64,000 nucleotides of DNA from an uncultured Thermoplasmatales archaeon (lineage in GTDB: Archaea > Thermoplasmatota > E2 > UBA202 > DSCA01), in the NCBI GenBank assembly GCA_964414415.1, contig CAYPWJ010000001.1, forward strand, positions 138,701 through 202,700, read 5' to 3'. The notes beneath the pieces are model-generated. The model saw only the letters and a list, made by a program, of their open reading frames with translations, ran no database searches and had not been told where the DNA came from. How positions within the stretch are numbered: position 1 is the first letter of the stretch; every line of letters begins with the position of its first letter. Shown in pieces: positions 49,399 through 59,350 of the stretch. Both the position numbers and the translations under genes were made by a program.

Positions 49399-50642
49399 GC
49401 TGCACCTCCCAGGTAGCCGGTCAGGGCGGCCTTAGCAGCCGTGGCTGGACTGGCAAGGTAGGTCTCACCGGGCCCCTGTTTTCCCTTGAAATTCCGGTTG
49501 GAGGTGGACACCTGCACCTCCTGCCGGCCGGTCATGCCGATCTGGCCGGATGCACAGCCGCCGCAGCCGGGGTTGGATATCAATGCGCCTGCCTCATGCA
49601 GGTCGCGGAGGACGCCGCTTTGCAGCATCCTGTCCCACACTTCTCTGGTGGCGGGGACCACCTTGGCTGTGATGCCATCTGCAAGGTGGTTGCCGCGCAA
49701 CACGTCCGCCGCGGCCTGCATGTCCTCGAAGCGGCCGTTGGTGCAGGATCCGATGAACACGGTGTCGATGGCGACGTCGGACAGCGAAGCGGCAGGCGTT
49801 ACGTTGGCTGGGTTGTACGGTGCCGCTACGAGCGGCTCAAGATCGGAGACGTCTATCTCGATTTCTTCGCTGTACGAGGCATCCTCGTCCGCGTAGACCG
49901 GCTGGACGTCGCCGCCGCTGCGCTCCCGGCAGAACTGCAGCACCTCCTTGCTGGGCGGAATGAAGCCGATGATGCCGCCCATCTCGGTCATCATCGACGA
50001 CAGCGTGATGCGACCGGCAAGATTGAGCTCGTCGATGGCGTCACCCTCGAACTCGACGGCTTTGCCCAGGGCGCCGGTGCTGCCTATCTCGGAGAGCACC
50101 TTCAGGGTCAGGTCCTTGGCGCTCCACTCGCCGTCCGGCATGCCGGTGAAGCGAATTTTCATCGACTCCGGCATCTCGAACCACGTGCGGCCGGTCTTGA
50201 AGGTGAACGCGATGTCCATGTCGCCCATGCCCTGTCCGAAGGCGCCGACGGCGCCGACGATGTTGTAATGGCTGTCCGTTCCAACGGCTGTCACGCCCGG
50301 TGCGATGTGGCCCTGCTCGAGCATCACGTGGGTCCCGATACCTTGGTCGACGTCGTAGACCGGCACGCCGGTGTCGCGGGCGAAGCGCCGGCAGACGTGC
50401 TGGTTGTCTGCATACGCCGGCGTCTTAGCCGGGGCGTTGCAGTCAAACGTGAAAGCGGTCTTTGCAGGATCTGCAACGTAGTCGCCGTCGTAGTGATGCT
50501 TGAGATGTTTGACGACGCTGGCGCCGCCGAAGTCGCGGGCTGTCCTGAGGTCGATGTCGAGCCATATAACGTCTCCCGGTTCCGGTGACACATCGCTGCT
50601 GGTGTGCTGCGCGAATATTTTTTCGAGGATTGTCTTTCCCAT
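49395..50642 (-). CDS. leuC: 3-isopropylmalate / homoaconitate dehydratase large subunit
   Basis: Aconitase catalytic domain with Fe-S Cys residues (GSCTNGR, NPGCGGCASG). 415 aa from MGKTILEKIF. The rest of the 796-aa ORF upstream is antisense to mtaB. Confidence 0.9.
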   Translation of the reverse strand: MGKTILEKIFAQHTSSDVSPEPGDVIWLDIDLRTARDFGGASVVKHLKHHYDGDYVADPAKTAFTFDCNAPAKTPAYADNQHVCRRFARDTGVPVYDVDQGIGTHVMLEQGHIAPGVTAVGTDSHYNIVGAVGAFGQGMGDMDIAFTFKTGRTWFEMPESMKIRFTGMPDGEWSAKDLTLKVLSEIGSTGALGKAVEFEGDAIDELNLAGRITLSSMMTEMGGIIGFIPPSKEVLQFCRERSGGDVQPVYADEDASYSEEIEIDVSDLEPLVAAPYNPANVTPAASLSDVAIDTVFIGSCTNGRFEDMQAAADVLRGNHLADGITAKVVPATREVWDRMLQSGVLRDLHEAGALISNPGCGGCASGQIGMTGRQEVQVSTSNRNFKGKQGPGETYLASPATAAKAALTGYLGGAA

Positions 50643-50720
50643 CAGTGCTGCAATGCCCTGCAGGTATAAAATGCTCACGCCCCGCAGAGGCGGGCAACCT
50701 TTATTAGCTACCAGGTCATC

Positions 50721-51971
50721 GTGGTGGCGATGCGAGTCTCCGTCGAGGCATACGGCTGCGCCGCAAACCAAGGCGATGCTGCCATCGCCCGTGGCATCCT
50801 GGAGGAGCAGGGCCACGAGATCGTCGAGGACGCAGCAGCTTCGGACGTCGTGGTGGTGTTCACCTGCTGCGTCATCCAGCGGACGGAGCAGCGCATGCTC
50901 AGCCGCCTCCGTGAGCTGTCGAATCAGGACGTCGAAATCGTCGTCGCTGGCTGCATGTCCGCTGTCTACCGGGACCAAATCACCGCGGTGGCACCGCATG
51001 CGACCCTGATGGGACCGCGCGAGGTGCACCGCATCGGCGTGGCGCTCGATGGCGTCGCCATGTCGGGGGACAAGGCCAGGCTGCCCCGCCGTGTCGGTCT
51101 CCGTCTGGATATTCCCATCGCCGACGGCTGCCGGTACAGTTGCTCCTACTGTGTCACCCGCCTGGCCCGCGGCCGACTGACCTCCTATGACGAGGATGCG
51201 CTGGTCGCGACGGCCCGTCGGACGCTGCAGCAGGGCTGCCGGGAGCTCAGGTTGACCTGCCAGGACACCGCTGCCTACGGGATGGACACCGGCGGGTCGC
51301 TGCGGTCTCTGGTCCGTCGTGTCGCCTCGCTGCCCGGCGATTTCCGCATCCGCGTCGGCATGATGCATCCCCTGTCGGTGATGCAGCGACCCGGTGTTCT
51401 CGACGTATTTGAGCACGAGCCGGTATATGATTTTCTGCATCTGCCGCTGCAGTCCGGCAGTTCGGAGGTGCTGCGGCGGATGCGACGCGGCTATGATACC
51501 TGGGATGTCCTCGACATCGTCGCCCGGGCGCGGAAACGCTATCCCGGTATCTCGATTTCCACCGACGTCATCGTTGCCTTCCCCGGCGAGACGGAGCAGG
51601 ACTTCGAGGAGACATGTGCCGCGCTGCAGCAGCTGCAACCGGATGTGGTCAACGTCACCCGGTTCTCCGCCCGTCCTGGCACTCCTGCCGCGGACATGGA
51701 GCATCCCAGCACGGCGCTGGCGAAGGAGCGATCCCGTCATTTGTCGACGCTGGCCCGGAAGGTCATGCGGGAGCGTATGGAGCAACAGGTTGGGTCGACG
51801 TGTACGGCGTTGCTGCTGGAGCAGCGGGATGACGGCGTTGCTGCCAAGACCGATGGCTATCGCTCGGTGTATCTATCCTCCGGTACGGTTGGGACGCTGC
51901 AGCGTGTCCGCATCACCGGTGTCGAGGGCAATCACCTGTGTGGTGACGTCGACCCAAAAGAACATATATAA
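50721..51971 (+). CDS. MiaB/RimO-family radical SAM methylthiotransferase (archaeal MtaB-like, ms2t6A)
   Basis: MTTase N-domain Cys residues, radical SAM CRYSCSYC, and C-terminal TRAM-like domain. Confidence 0.8.
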   Translation: MVAMRVSVEAYGCAANQGDAAIARGILEEQGHEIVEDAAASDVVVVFTCCVIQRTEQRMLSRLRELSNQDVEIVVAGCMSAVYRDQITAVAPHATLMGPREVHRIGVALDGVAMSGDKARLPRRVGLRLDIPIADGCRYSCSYCVTRLARGRLTSYDEDALVATARRTLQQGCRELRLTCQDTAAYGMDTGGSLRSLVRRVASLPGDFRIRVGMMHPLSVMQRPGVLDVFEHEPVYDFLHLPLQSGSSEVLRRMRRGYDTWDVLDIVARARKRYPGISISTDVIVAFPGETEQDFEETCAALQQLQPDVVNVTRFSARPGTPAADMEHPSTALAKERSRHLSTLARKVMRERMEQQVGSTCTALLLEQRDDGVAAKTDGYRSVYLSSGTVGTLQRVRITGVEGNHLCGDVDPKEHI

Positions 51972-51989
51972 AGCCGGTGTATTACGCTT

Positions 51990-52580
51990 TTGATGATAAA
52001 AGAAGGAAGTCTGGTGCTGCCCGGCGACAGGATAGCTGCTGCCGAGGAAATCCTTCCCGGCTACGGCACCGCGGAAATAGACGGCGATATCAGAGGCACC
52101 CTGCTTGGAACCGTTGTAGTCGACAAGAAAAGTGCCTCTGCCGAGGTACACCCGCTCACCAGCACGCCGCTGGTGGTCAAGGAAGGCATGACGGTCATCG
52201 CGGAGGTCAAACACGTCATGGACAAGATGGTGCTCGTCGACATACTGCGCGTGGTGGGCGTCGACCGGGACCTCGTCAGCGGCGGTGATGGCGCCATCCA
52301 TATATCTGCCATCTCGAATGAATACGTGGTAAACGCCAAGGATGCATTCCGCATCGGCGACATCATCCGGGCGAAGGTGACCGAGCCGGAGCCCTCGCTG
52401 CGCATGTCCACCAAGGGAAAGGACTACGGCTCGCTCAGGTCATACTGCGTCGAATGCCGGCATCCGCTGGAAAAGACGAAGGGCAAGGAGGGCATTGTGC
52501 TCGAATGCCCCCGCTGCGGCCACGTCGAGGACCGGAAGATGGCGGCCGACTACGGCGAAGGCAACATCGACCGGCGGTGA
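51990..52580 (+). CDS. csl4: exosome complex RNA-binding protein Csl4
   Basis: N-terminal domain, S1 domain, and C-terminal zinc ribbon (CVECRHPL...CPRCGH). Confidence 0.8.
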   Translation: MMIKEGSLVLPGDRIAAAEEILPGYGTAEIDGDIRGTLLGTVVVDKKSASAEVHPLTSTPLVVKEGMTVIAEVKHVMDKMVLVDILRVVGVDRDLVSGGDGAIHISAISNEYVVNAKDAFRIGDIIRAKVTEPEPSLRMSTKGKDYGSLRSYCVECRHPLEKTKGKEGIVLECPRCGHVEDRKMAADYGEGNIDRR

Positions 52581-52581
52581 T

Positions 52582-52848
52582 ATGATGGAAGTGAACGTCA
52601 TCGAGGAAACAGACGACGAGCTCGTCTTCGAGGTCATCGCTGAAAAAACGATTCTCAACCCGCTGAAGGAACGGCTGCTCGACGATGAGCAGGTCGACTA
52701 CGCCGGCTGGAACGTTGAACATCCCATGCTGTCAAATCCCCGGTTTACCCTCCGCGTCCACGAGGGCGACCCCCGCGACATCGTCACCGCAGCCATCAAA
52801 GACCTGCAGGACGACATCGCGGATCTGAAGGACCAGCTCGAGGAATAA
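52582..52848 (+). CDS. rpoL: DNA-directed RNA polymerase subunit L (Rpb11 homologue)
   Basis: 88 aa. Classic csl4-rpoL adjacency. ATG is 2 nt after the csl4 stop. Confidence 0.75.
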   Translation: MMEVNVIEETDDELVFEVIAEKTILNPLKERLLDDEQVDYAGWNVEHPMLSNPRFTLRVHEGDPRDIVTAAIKDLQDDIADLKDQLEE

Positions 52849-52849
52849 C

Positions 52850-54133
52850 GTGACATCCCGTCCGCCTGTAGAGGAGCAGGCCGTCGGGATGAAGATTTTT
52901 TTGACCGACGAGGCAGGCATCGGCGGGCGCATAAAAACACGGCCGGATGATTTCGTCGTCGAGGAGCATCCACAGCTTCCCCCGCCCGGAAACGGCAAGC
53001 AGGTGATTGTCCGGGTGACGGCGACGCGGTGGGAGACAAACGACCTGGTAGAGCAGATCGCCTCTCGTCTCGGTATCCCCGCGGCACACATCGGCTTCGC
53101 CGGCATGAAGGACAAGCAGGCGGTGACCACGCAGTACATGTCCATCCCTGCATCGATGCAGCGAGTCAGGTCGCTGGAGCTCCCGCGCGCCGCCATCGAG
53201 GTGCTCTACCGCGCAGCGAAGCCGGTCTACCGCGGCCAGCTCGCCGGCAACTATTTCCATGTCGCCATCCGAGGTATCGCGGGCACCGAACGACAGGCTG
53301 CAGCCATCCGGCAGCAGGTGCTCACGACAGGGGGATTCCCCAACTTCTTCGGCGTTCAGCGTTTCGGCATCGTCCGGCCCGTCACGCATGTGGTCGGGAG
53401 ACACATCGTGGCCGGTGACTTCGAGCGGGCGGTGATGACCTACGCGGCCAACCCGATGCCCAGCGAAGGCGAGGCATGCCGTGCGGCACGGCAGTGGCTC
53501 GAGGACACCCGGGATTTCGACGGCGCGATGAAACGATATCCGTCCCGGCTGAATTATGAGCGGCGGCTTATCGAGCATCTGGCGCGGCAGCCCGGCGACT
53601 GGATCGGCGCTCTGCAGCAGCTGCCCGACGGGCTCCTCCGGCTGTTCGTCCACGCCTATCAATCGGTGCTCTTCAACCGCATAGTGTCGGAGCGCCTCCG
53701 CCGCGGGATACCCGTCAACGAGGCGGTTCCCGGCGACGTGGTGCTCCCGATGGGCCGGGGAGCGATGCAACAGGAGAGCGGTATCCCCGTCAGCGAGCGG
53801 AACCTGGACAAGATAAACCGGCAGATCGCAAAGCATCGATGTCTTCCGTCAGCCGTGCTCATCGGAACCGACGTGTCGCTCGCCACAGGCATCATGGGCG
53901 ATGTGGAGCGAGCGGTGCTCGACGATGAGCGCGTCTCACCCGGTGATTTCACCATCGCAGCGATGCCGTCGCTTTCCTCGCGGGGGCTCCGCCGCGCCGT
54001 CCTGGCGCCGCTGGGCGACCTCCGGATGGAAATGAACGACGACGTTGCAATGCTGTCGTTTTCGCTGCCGAAAGGCTGCTACGCGACCTGTCTGCTCCGG
54101 GAGTTCATGAAGGCACCCATCCAAAATTATTAA
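52850..54133 (+). CDS. truD: tRNA pseudouridine(13) synthase TruD
   Basis: Catalytic motif GFAGMKDKQAVTTQ (TruD GxKD). 427 aa. An alternative start at Met14 is possible. Confidence 0.85.
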   Translation: MTSRPPVEEQAVGMKIFLTDEAGIGGRIKTRPDDFVVEEHPQLPPPGNGKQVIVRVTATRWETNDLVEQIASRLGIPAAHIGFAGMKDKQAVTTQYMSIPASMQRVRSLELPRAAIEVLYRAAKPVYRGQLAGNYFHVAIRGIAGTERQAAAIRQQVLTTGGFPNFFGVQRFGIVRPVTHVVGRHIVAGDFERAVMTYAANPMPSEGEACRAARQWLEDTRDFDGAMKRYPSRLNYERRLIEHLARQPGDWIGALQQLPDGLLRLFVHAYQSVLFNRIVSERLRRGIPVNEAVPGDVVLPMGRGAMQQESGIPVSERNLDKINRQIAKHRCLPSAVLIGTDVSLATGIMGDVERAVLDDERVSPGDFTIAAMPSLSSRGLRRAVLAPLGDLRMEMNDDVAMLSFSLPKGCYATCLLREFMKAPIQNY

Positions 54134-54504
54134 TGCAGGGGCGGCATATCCACACAGGTGACAATATGGGTGAAATGCTCAAAAGCATAGAAAAAGTGCA
54201 GGCCATGATGAAGGAACTCTCACGGAGCAACAAGGATACGATGCGCCATTTCCAGCAATTCATGGGAAACGTGCTGGAGGCCGGCGCGCTGGACACCAAG
54301 ACCAAGGAACTCATCGCCTTGGGAACGGCTATCACCGCCAGGTGCAAGTACTGCATTGCCATCCACGTGAAGAAGTGCCTTGAGGCCGGCGCAGACCGGG
54401 AGGAAATCCTCGAGGCAGCGACCGTCTCGATTTTGATGGGCGGCGGTCCGGCGATGACCTACGTGGCGGAAGTCAAGGATGCGCTGGAGGAGATCGAGGA
54501 ATAA
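54133..54504 (+). CDS. carboxymuconolactone decarboxylase / AhpD-like family protein
   Basis: AhpD core CxxxH-like ARCKYCIAIHV. The start may be Met12 at 54166. Confidence 0.65.
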   Translation: MQGRHIHTGDNMGEMLKSIEKVQAMMKELSRSNKDTMRHFQQFMGNVLEAGALDTKTKELIALGTAITARCKYCIAIHVKKCLEAGADREEILEAATVSILMGGGPAMTYVAEVKDALEEIEE

Positions 54505-54630
54505 CTTTTCCCCTCTTTTTCTTTTTGCTCAGCCGGGTCTCGTGCCCGGGTATCGTGCAGGTGATCCATGCTGTCACGCTGCGTCGACGCCTCCTCAATG
54601 TTTAAAAAGTGATGGTTCTTCTTAACAGCG

Positions 54631-54933
54631 ATGGAACGGATACAGCTGGTCATGATACTGCTCAACGTTGCAGTGCTCGCGTTCGCTGTCCTCTCGCTGT
54701 ATTACTTCGTCCGGCTGATGCGCGTCATCAAGATACGGCGCGGAACCATCCTGGCGGGCAGCGCCGTGTTTTTGTTTGTCGGCTACGTGTTCTTCATTCT
54801 CCCCTGGGTCACCATCGGGCGGAGCGTCCCCTTGATGGAGCAGCTCTCCTACGGCCTCATTTTGGTTGCGCTCGTCATCCTGCTCTACGGCGTGATGCGT
54901 ATATACCGTGACTGGCGCGAGGTCATAACATGA
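54631..54933 (+). CDS. small 3-TM membrane protein, translationally coupled to the histidine kinase
   Basis: ATGA overlap with the 54930 start. Confidence 0.45.
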   Translation: MERIQLVMILLNVAVLAFAVLSLYYFVRLMRVIKIRRGTILAGSAVFLFVGYVFFILPWVTIGRSVPLMEQLSYGLILVALVILLYGVMRIYRDWREVIT

Positions 54934-56720
54934 TGCTGCAGCAGCTGATCTCGCTGCTCAACCTGGGGTTTTCCATCGCTATCGTCGGTGTCATGGCGAG
55001 CGTCTATCTGCTATACCGCCGGCAGTACATCCTGTGGTTTACTCTCTCATTTGCCGTGGTTCCCTTCATGTTTATATACAGCCTGGTCTGGCCGCTGCCT
55101 GGGACCACGGAGATGGGCATCGTCGTGTTTCCCATCTGCGTCGTCGTCATCGAGGTCGGGTTCATCCTGGCGCAGAAGAATCTGCTGACGTCGATACGCG
55201 GCGGAGCAGGCGAGGAACACCAGATGCTGCTGCGGGACGACGTGGCGCTGCTGCGCAGCTATGAGCAGGTCGCAAACGTGTTCATCCGGAAGATTACGCC
55301 GCTCATCGGCACTGCCAGCATCGAAGAGCTGCTGGAGAGCCGCATTGACGAGCATCCCGTGCTTGCCGGCAGCTACATCGACGTTGATGAACAGTTGAGC
55401 ATCACCGCCCTCGAGGAGGCCATCGACAAGCTCGACATGGACGACCTCGGGCTTGCCTTCTATGACCTCATCGCCGGGCTCATCGACCTCTATTCCGCCT
55501 TTGTGCCGTGGAAGCAGGCCATCGACGAGTGGCGGAAGGCCGTCGCCGAGGCCATCCGGCAGAACGAGAGCCTGTTTGAATGGGCGCTCCCCATCGTCCT
55601 CTTCCGCCTTGTCCTCGAACCGGTGCTGCGACGCTGCCGCTCCGACGACATCAACGAGATCGCGATCATGCTCAACCGGAGCAAGAGCGGCATCGAGATA
55701 CAGCCGAGCGGACAGATCGACATTCGGCAGCTGTATCGGCGGCAGGCCGACGCCGACGACCCGGTCCAGTTTGGTATTGAACGGTTTCTCCACGCGCTCG
55801 ACCGGATGTATCTCATCCTGAAGCAGAGCATGGGGCCCGAGAAGGCAAATGCGATGATAACTGAGCATTTCCGGGCGATGCCCACCAACATCAAGGAGCG
55901 CCTATACGGCGAGGGGTTGGTCGAGCAGCTGCCTGAGGGCGTCCTCGAGGAGGAAAAAGTGACGCTGCTGAGCCGGGAGCGTCTCATCGAGGAGCTGCTG
56001 AACCGGCGGAAAAAGCTGGAGAAAGCATATCGGGAGCTCGCCGAGGCGGAACTCGGTAAGATGAAGACCACGTTTCTCGACGTCATCGCCCACGAGCTTC
56101 GCACCCCGCTGACCTCAATCAAGACCTACGTCGATCTCCTCAGGCAGGAAAAACTGGGCGAGCTATCGGAGATGCAGGAGGAAAAACTGGACATCATGGC
56201 GCAGAACGTGGATCGCCTGACCGCGCTCATCAATGACATGCTGGAGATTCCGTCTATCGACGTCCGTGAACTCGAGCTACGCAAAGAGACCTTTCTCGCT
56301 CGCGCGATGATAGCCGAGGTCGTACGGGACTGCCGGGGGATAGCGGATGAAAAAGGGCAGTCCATCAGCGTCGAGGTGCCGGAGCAGCTGGCGCTGCAGG
56401 GCGACAAAAACCTGCTTGGCAAGGCCGTCAAAAACATCCTGGTCAACGCCATCCGATACACGCCGGAAGGCGGCGATATAACGATAGCCGGTCGATTCGA
56501 AGGCGAGCAGGCGCATCTCATGGTCGCTGACACCGGCCCCGGTATCCCGGAGGACGACATCGACCGAATCTTTGATCCCTTCTACACCGGCGGTAAAGAC
56601 GGTGGCATGGGCCTCGGTCTCTCGATCGTCAAAAACATCGTCGAGGCGCACGGGGGAGATGTATGGGTGGAAAGCGAGCCAGGCGAGGGAACCGTCTTCC
56701 ATATCCGGATCGCCGGGTGA
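54930..56720 (+). CDS. sensor histidine kinase (N-terminal 4-TM domain, HisKA, HATPase_c)
   Basis: H-box VIAHELRTPLTSI and G-boxes (GGMGLGLSIVKNIVEAHGG). Confidence 0.85.
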   Translation: MMLQQLISLLNLGFSIAIVGVMASVYLLYRRQYILWFTLSFAVVPFMFIYSLVWPLPGTTEMGIVVFPICVVVIEVGFILAQKNLLTSIRGGAGEEHQMLLRDDVALLRSYEQVANVFIRKITPLIGTASIEELLESRIDEHPVLAGSYIDVDEQLSITALEEAIDKLDMDDLGLAFYDLIAGLIDLYSAFVPWKQAIDEWRKAVAEAIRQNESLFEWALPIVLFRLVLEPVLRRCRSDDINEIAIMLNRSKSGIEIQPSGQIDIRQLYRRQADADDPVQFGIERFLHALDRMYLILKQSMGPEKANAMITEHFRAMPTNIKERLYGEGLVEQLPEGVLEEEKVTLLSRERLIEELLNRRKKLEKAYRELAEAELGKMKTTFLDVIAHELRTPLTSIKTYVDLLRQEKLGELSEMQEEKLDIMAQNVDRLTALINDMLEIPSIDVRELELRKETFLARAMIAEVVRDCRGIADEKGQSISVEVPEQLALQGDKNLLGKAVKNILVNAIRYTPEGGDITIAGRFEGEQAHLMVADTGPGIPEDDIDRIFDPFYTGGKDGGMGLGLSIVKNIVEAHGGDVWVESEPGEGTVFHIRIAG

Positions 56721-56829
56721 ATGCAGCGGCCCCATGCTGCTCCGGCCTGATTGCAGCGTCGGCGTATCGTAAACTCCAAATAACCGCCCGCTTTTCTATC
56801 ACAATGCCAGTGCGGGAGGAACAGACACC

Positions 56830-57912
56830 ATGAACGACACGGCCAACGTCGTCTCGGAGCAGCTCACACGTATCATGTTCGTCGATGACGACCCGTCGAT
56901 TCTCGATGCCGCCAAGACAGCCATCGAGTCCTACGGCTACCAGGTGATAACCGCCGAGTCGGGCGAAGAATGTCTGGAGCGGCTCGACGAGGCGGACCTC
57001 GTCTTTCTCGACATAAAAATGCCCGGGATGGATGGCATCGAGACGCTCAAAGAGATAAAGCAGCGTGACCCGTCCATTCCCGTCATCATGATAACGGCGT
57101 ATGCGACGGTTGACAGCGCCATCGAAGCGATGAAGGAGGGTGCCTTCGACTACATCCGGAAGCCGTTCGACATGGACGAACTCGAGGGCAGCATCCTTGC
57201 CGCTATCGAGGAGATAAAGTTCGAGCGGCTGAAACAGGTGGGGCAGGAAAGCGGAGACTACCTTGAAAAATTCCGGGATCTCGCCGCGGAGGCACCCGGT
57301 GTCTACATCGGCACCGGTATCGAGCGAGTCAAGAACATGGACGTAGCGGCAATCCCGCTGGTATCCGACTGGCAGCCACGGGACCTGCAGGCGGTGCAGG
57401 ACGACGTCGAGGAGGCGCTCGACGACGAAGTGGTCCTTGCGCTGACCGACGTCGCGTATCTCCTGGAGGAACACCGCTTTGGTGACGTACGCGATTTTCT
57501 CCGGTGGCTGTACCGGCAGGCGTCGATGCACCGCGGCCGCCTCATCCTGTCGACTGATTTCAGCCAGGTTGACGACAAGCTGGCGGACGACATCAGGGAT
57601 GTCATCGCTGACATCCGGCTGAGTCTCTTCTCGGATTCTATCTCGAATTATCTGCGGCGGCGGGTCATCCAGGCGCTGTCCGACGGCGACACCTACAGCT
57701 TTACCACCATCGCGCAGCTGCTGGACATCAAGGACAATCCGAAGCTCAGCTTTCACCTCAAGAAACTGAAGGACGACGGTGTCATCAAGCAGGACGAGGA
57801 CAAGCGCTACTATCTGTCGTCGATGGGCATGGACATCGCCGAGGTCCTGAAGGGCATCCGGGAGCGACAGGTCAGCGACCAGACCGACTTCCTGTGGATG
57901 CCCCGGGAGTAG
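56830..57912 (+). CDS. response regulator: CheY-like receiver + DUF835-like middle domain + C-terminal winged helix
   Basis: Receiver Asp (LVFLDIKMPGMDG) and C-terminal wHTH (TIAQLLDIKDNPKLSFHLKKLKDDGVI). Confidence 0.8.
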   Translation: MNDTANVVSEQLTRIMFVDDDPSILDAAKTAIESYGYQVITAESGEECLERLDEADLVFLDIKMPGMDGIETLKEIKQRDPSIPVIMITAYATVDSAIEAMKEGAFDYIRKPFDMDELEGSILAAIEEIKFERLKQVGQESGDYLEKFRDLAAEAPGVYIGTGIERVKNMDVAAIPLVSDWQPRDLQAVQDDVEEALDDEVVLALTDVAYLLEEHRFGDVRDFLRWLYRQASMHRGRLILSTDFSQVDDKLADDIRDVIADIRLSLFSDSISNYLRRRVIQALSDGDTYSFTTIAQLLDIKDNPKLSFHLKKLKDDGVIKQDEDKRYYLSSMGMDIAEVLKGIRERQVSDQTDFLWMPRE

Positions 57913-57967
57913 CTAAATCGGGCTTTAACGGTGTTCAACCATGGTTTAACGAACGATTTTAAGTCCC

Positions 57968-59350
57968 GTGTCATTGTTTGTGGCCATGCAAGTGATACCT
58001 GAAACCACTGGGCGGCTGTCGAACAACCTGACAGACCGGTTTTTGGTCCCCCGCGAGCGATGGATGACCATCGACTCTATGATTTACGGCATGGACAATT
58101 ACTTTGATTACGATGCGGGGAGCGCCAGAGAGAAACGCACGACGGCTATCCGTGAGGCCTTCGAACATCATTATTCTAACAACCTGTTTTATCATCGGTA
58201 CTGCAGGGACAACGACGTCCGGCCAGATGACATCAAAACGGAGGACGATCTCACCGCTATTCCCATGGTTCCGGACAATTTTTTCAAGGATTACCCGGAG
58301 GAGAACCCGAAGAGCGTCTATGAATGGCTGTACCGTGTATCGTCGGTCAACGTAGGAGACTACGATTTTTCCGGCAGCGGCCTGCAGGATTTTCTCCGCT
58401 GGGCGGAACATCGCCTGCGGGGCATCGTGACACATTCCTCGGGCACCACGGGCAACTTCAGCATAATGTTCCGGGATCAGTTGACCACGCAACGGTTGTT
58501 CTATGCATTCGACAAGACGCTCCTCTTCTCCATCGTGCATCCCGATGACGATGCACAGTTCGTATACCCGGGTCCGATCAAAACATATCTCACCATGGGG
58601 CACTGGATATCGGAGGGCAGCCAGGTGTTCGACGACAGCCAGCGTCATTTCCTCACGGATCGGGAGCTGACCATGGACATCGTCCGGCTTATGTCCGGCC
58701 AGATACGCGGCCTCAAGGACAAGCTGAAGCTGAAGCTGCTGCAGCGGGCCATGAAAAAAGGGCAGCAGAAGCTGATACAGCTGCTGGAGAAAATGGACAA
58801 AGCGGACAAGCAGGTAATCATCATCACGTTTCCCTTCCAGCTCTACGACCTCATGGAGCTCATGCGGGAGGAGGGCGTCAGCCTCTCGCTGGGCGATCAG
58901 AACAGCATCGTCATCACCGGCGGTGGATGGAAGATCCACCAGGGAAAGAAAGTCTCACCGCAGACATTCGCTGGCATGATAGAGGAAACACTGGGTATCC
59001 CCCCGGAGCATTACAAGGACATATACGGCATGTCTGAGATGAACGCCCTGGGCATGGACTGCGAGGGACGATACAAGCACCTGCATCCCTGGCTCTATCC
59101 AATGATCCTCGACGAAGACAACCAGCCAAAGGGCTACGACCAGACGGGCCGCTTCGCGTTTCTGGATCCTGTCTCCCACAGCTATCCAGGGTTCATCATC
59201 ACCGGCGACCGGGTGAAGCTCTATGAACGCTGTCCCGCCTGCGGCCGGCCGGGCGTAGTGATGGATTCAGATATCAGTCGGATGTCCGGCGCCGAGGCGA
59301 AGGGATGCGGCAACCTGATGCGGGATTTGATTGCCGAGGAGCTGCGGTGA
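57968..59350 (+). CDS. adenylate-forming enzyme, LuxE acyl-protein synthetase / PaaK / F390-synthetase-like (ANL superfamily)
   Basis: P-loop-like THSSGTTGNF and GGGWK motif. The true start may be Met33 at 58064. Confidence 0.65.
   Translation: MSLFVAMQVIPETTGRLSNNLTDRFLVPRERWMTIDSMIYGMDNYFDYDAGSAREKRTTAIREAFEHHYSNNLFYHRYCRDNDVRPDDIKTEDDLTAIPMVPDNFFKDYPEENPKSVYEWLYRVSSVNVGDYDFSGSGLQDFLRWAEHRLRGIVTHSSGTTGNFSIMFRDQLTTQRLFYAFDKTLLFSIVHPDDDAQFVYPGPIKTYLTMGHWISEGSQVFDDSQRHFLTDRELTMDIVRLMSGQIRGLKDKLKLKLLQRAMKKGQQKLIQLLEKMDKADKQVIIITFPFQLYDLMELMREEGVSLSLGDQNSIVITGGGWKIHQGKKVSPQTFAGMIEETLGIPPEHYKDIYGMSEMNALGMDCEGRYKHLHPWLYPMILDEDNQPKGYDQTGRFAFLDPVSHSYPGFIITGDRVKLYERCPACGRPGVVMDSDISRMSGAEAKGCGNLMRDLIAEELR

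Noticed and set aside
50643-51785. Upstream 380 codons of the 796-aa minus-strand ORF 49395..51785
   Set aside because: It is antisense to the MtaB-like radical SAM gene. The LeuC homology starts at MGKTILEKIF (50642). The remainder is Arg/Gly-rich low-complexity sequence typical of GC-rich antisense frames.
55047-57756. 273-aa and 375-aa minus-strand ORFs
   Set aside because: Antisense to the histidine kinase and response regulator genes.
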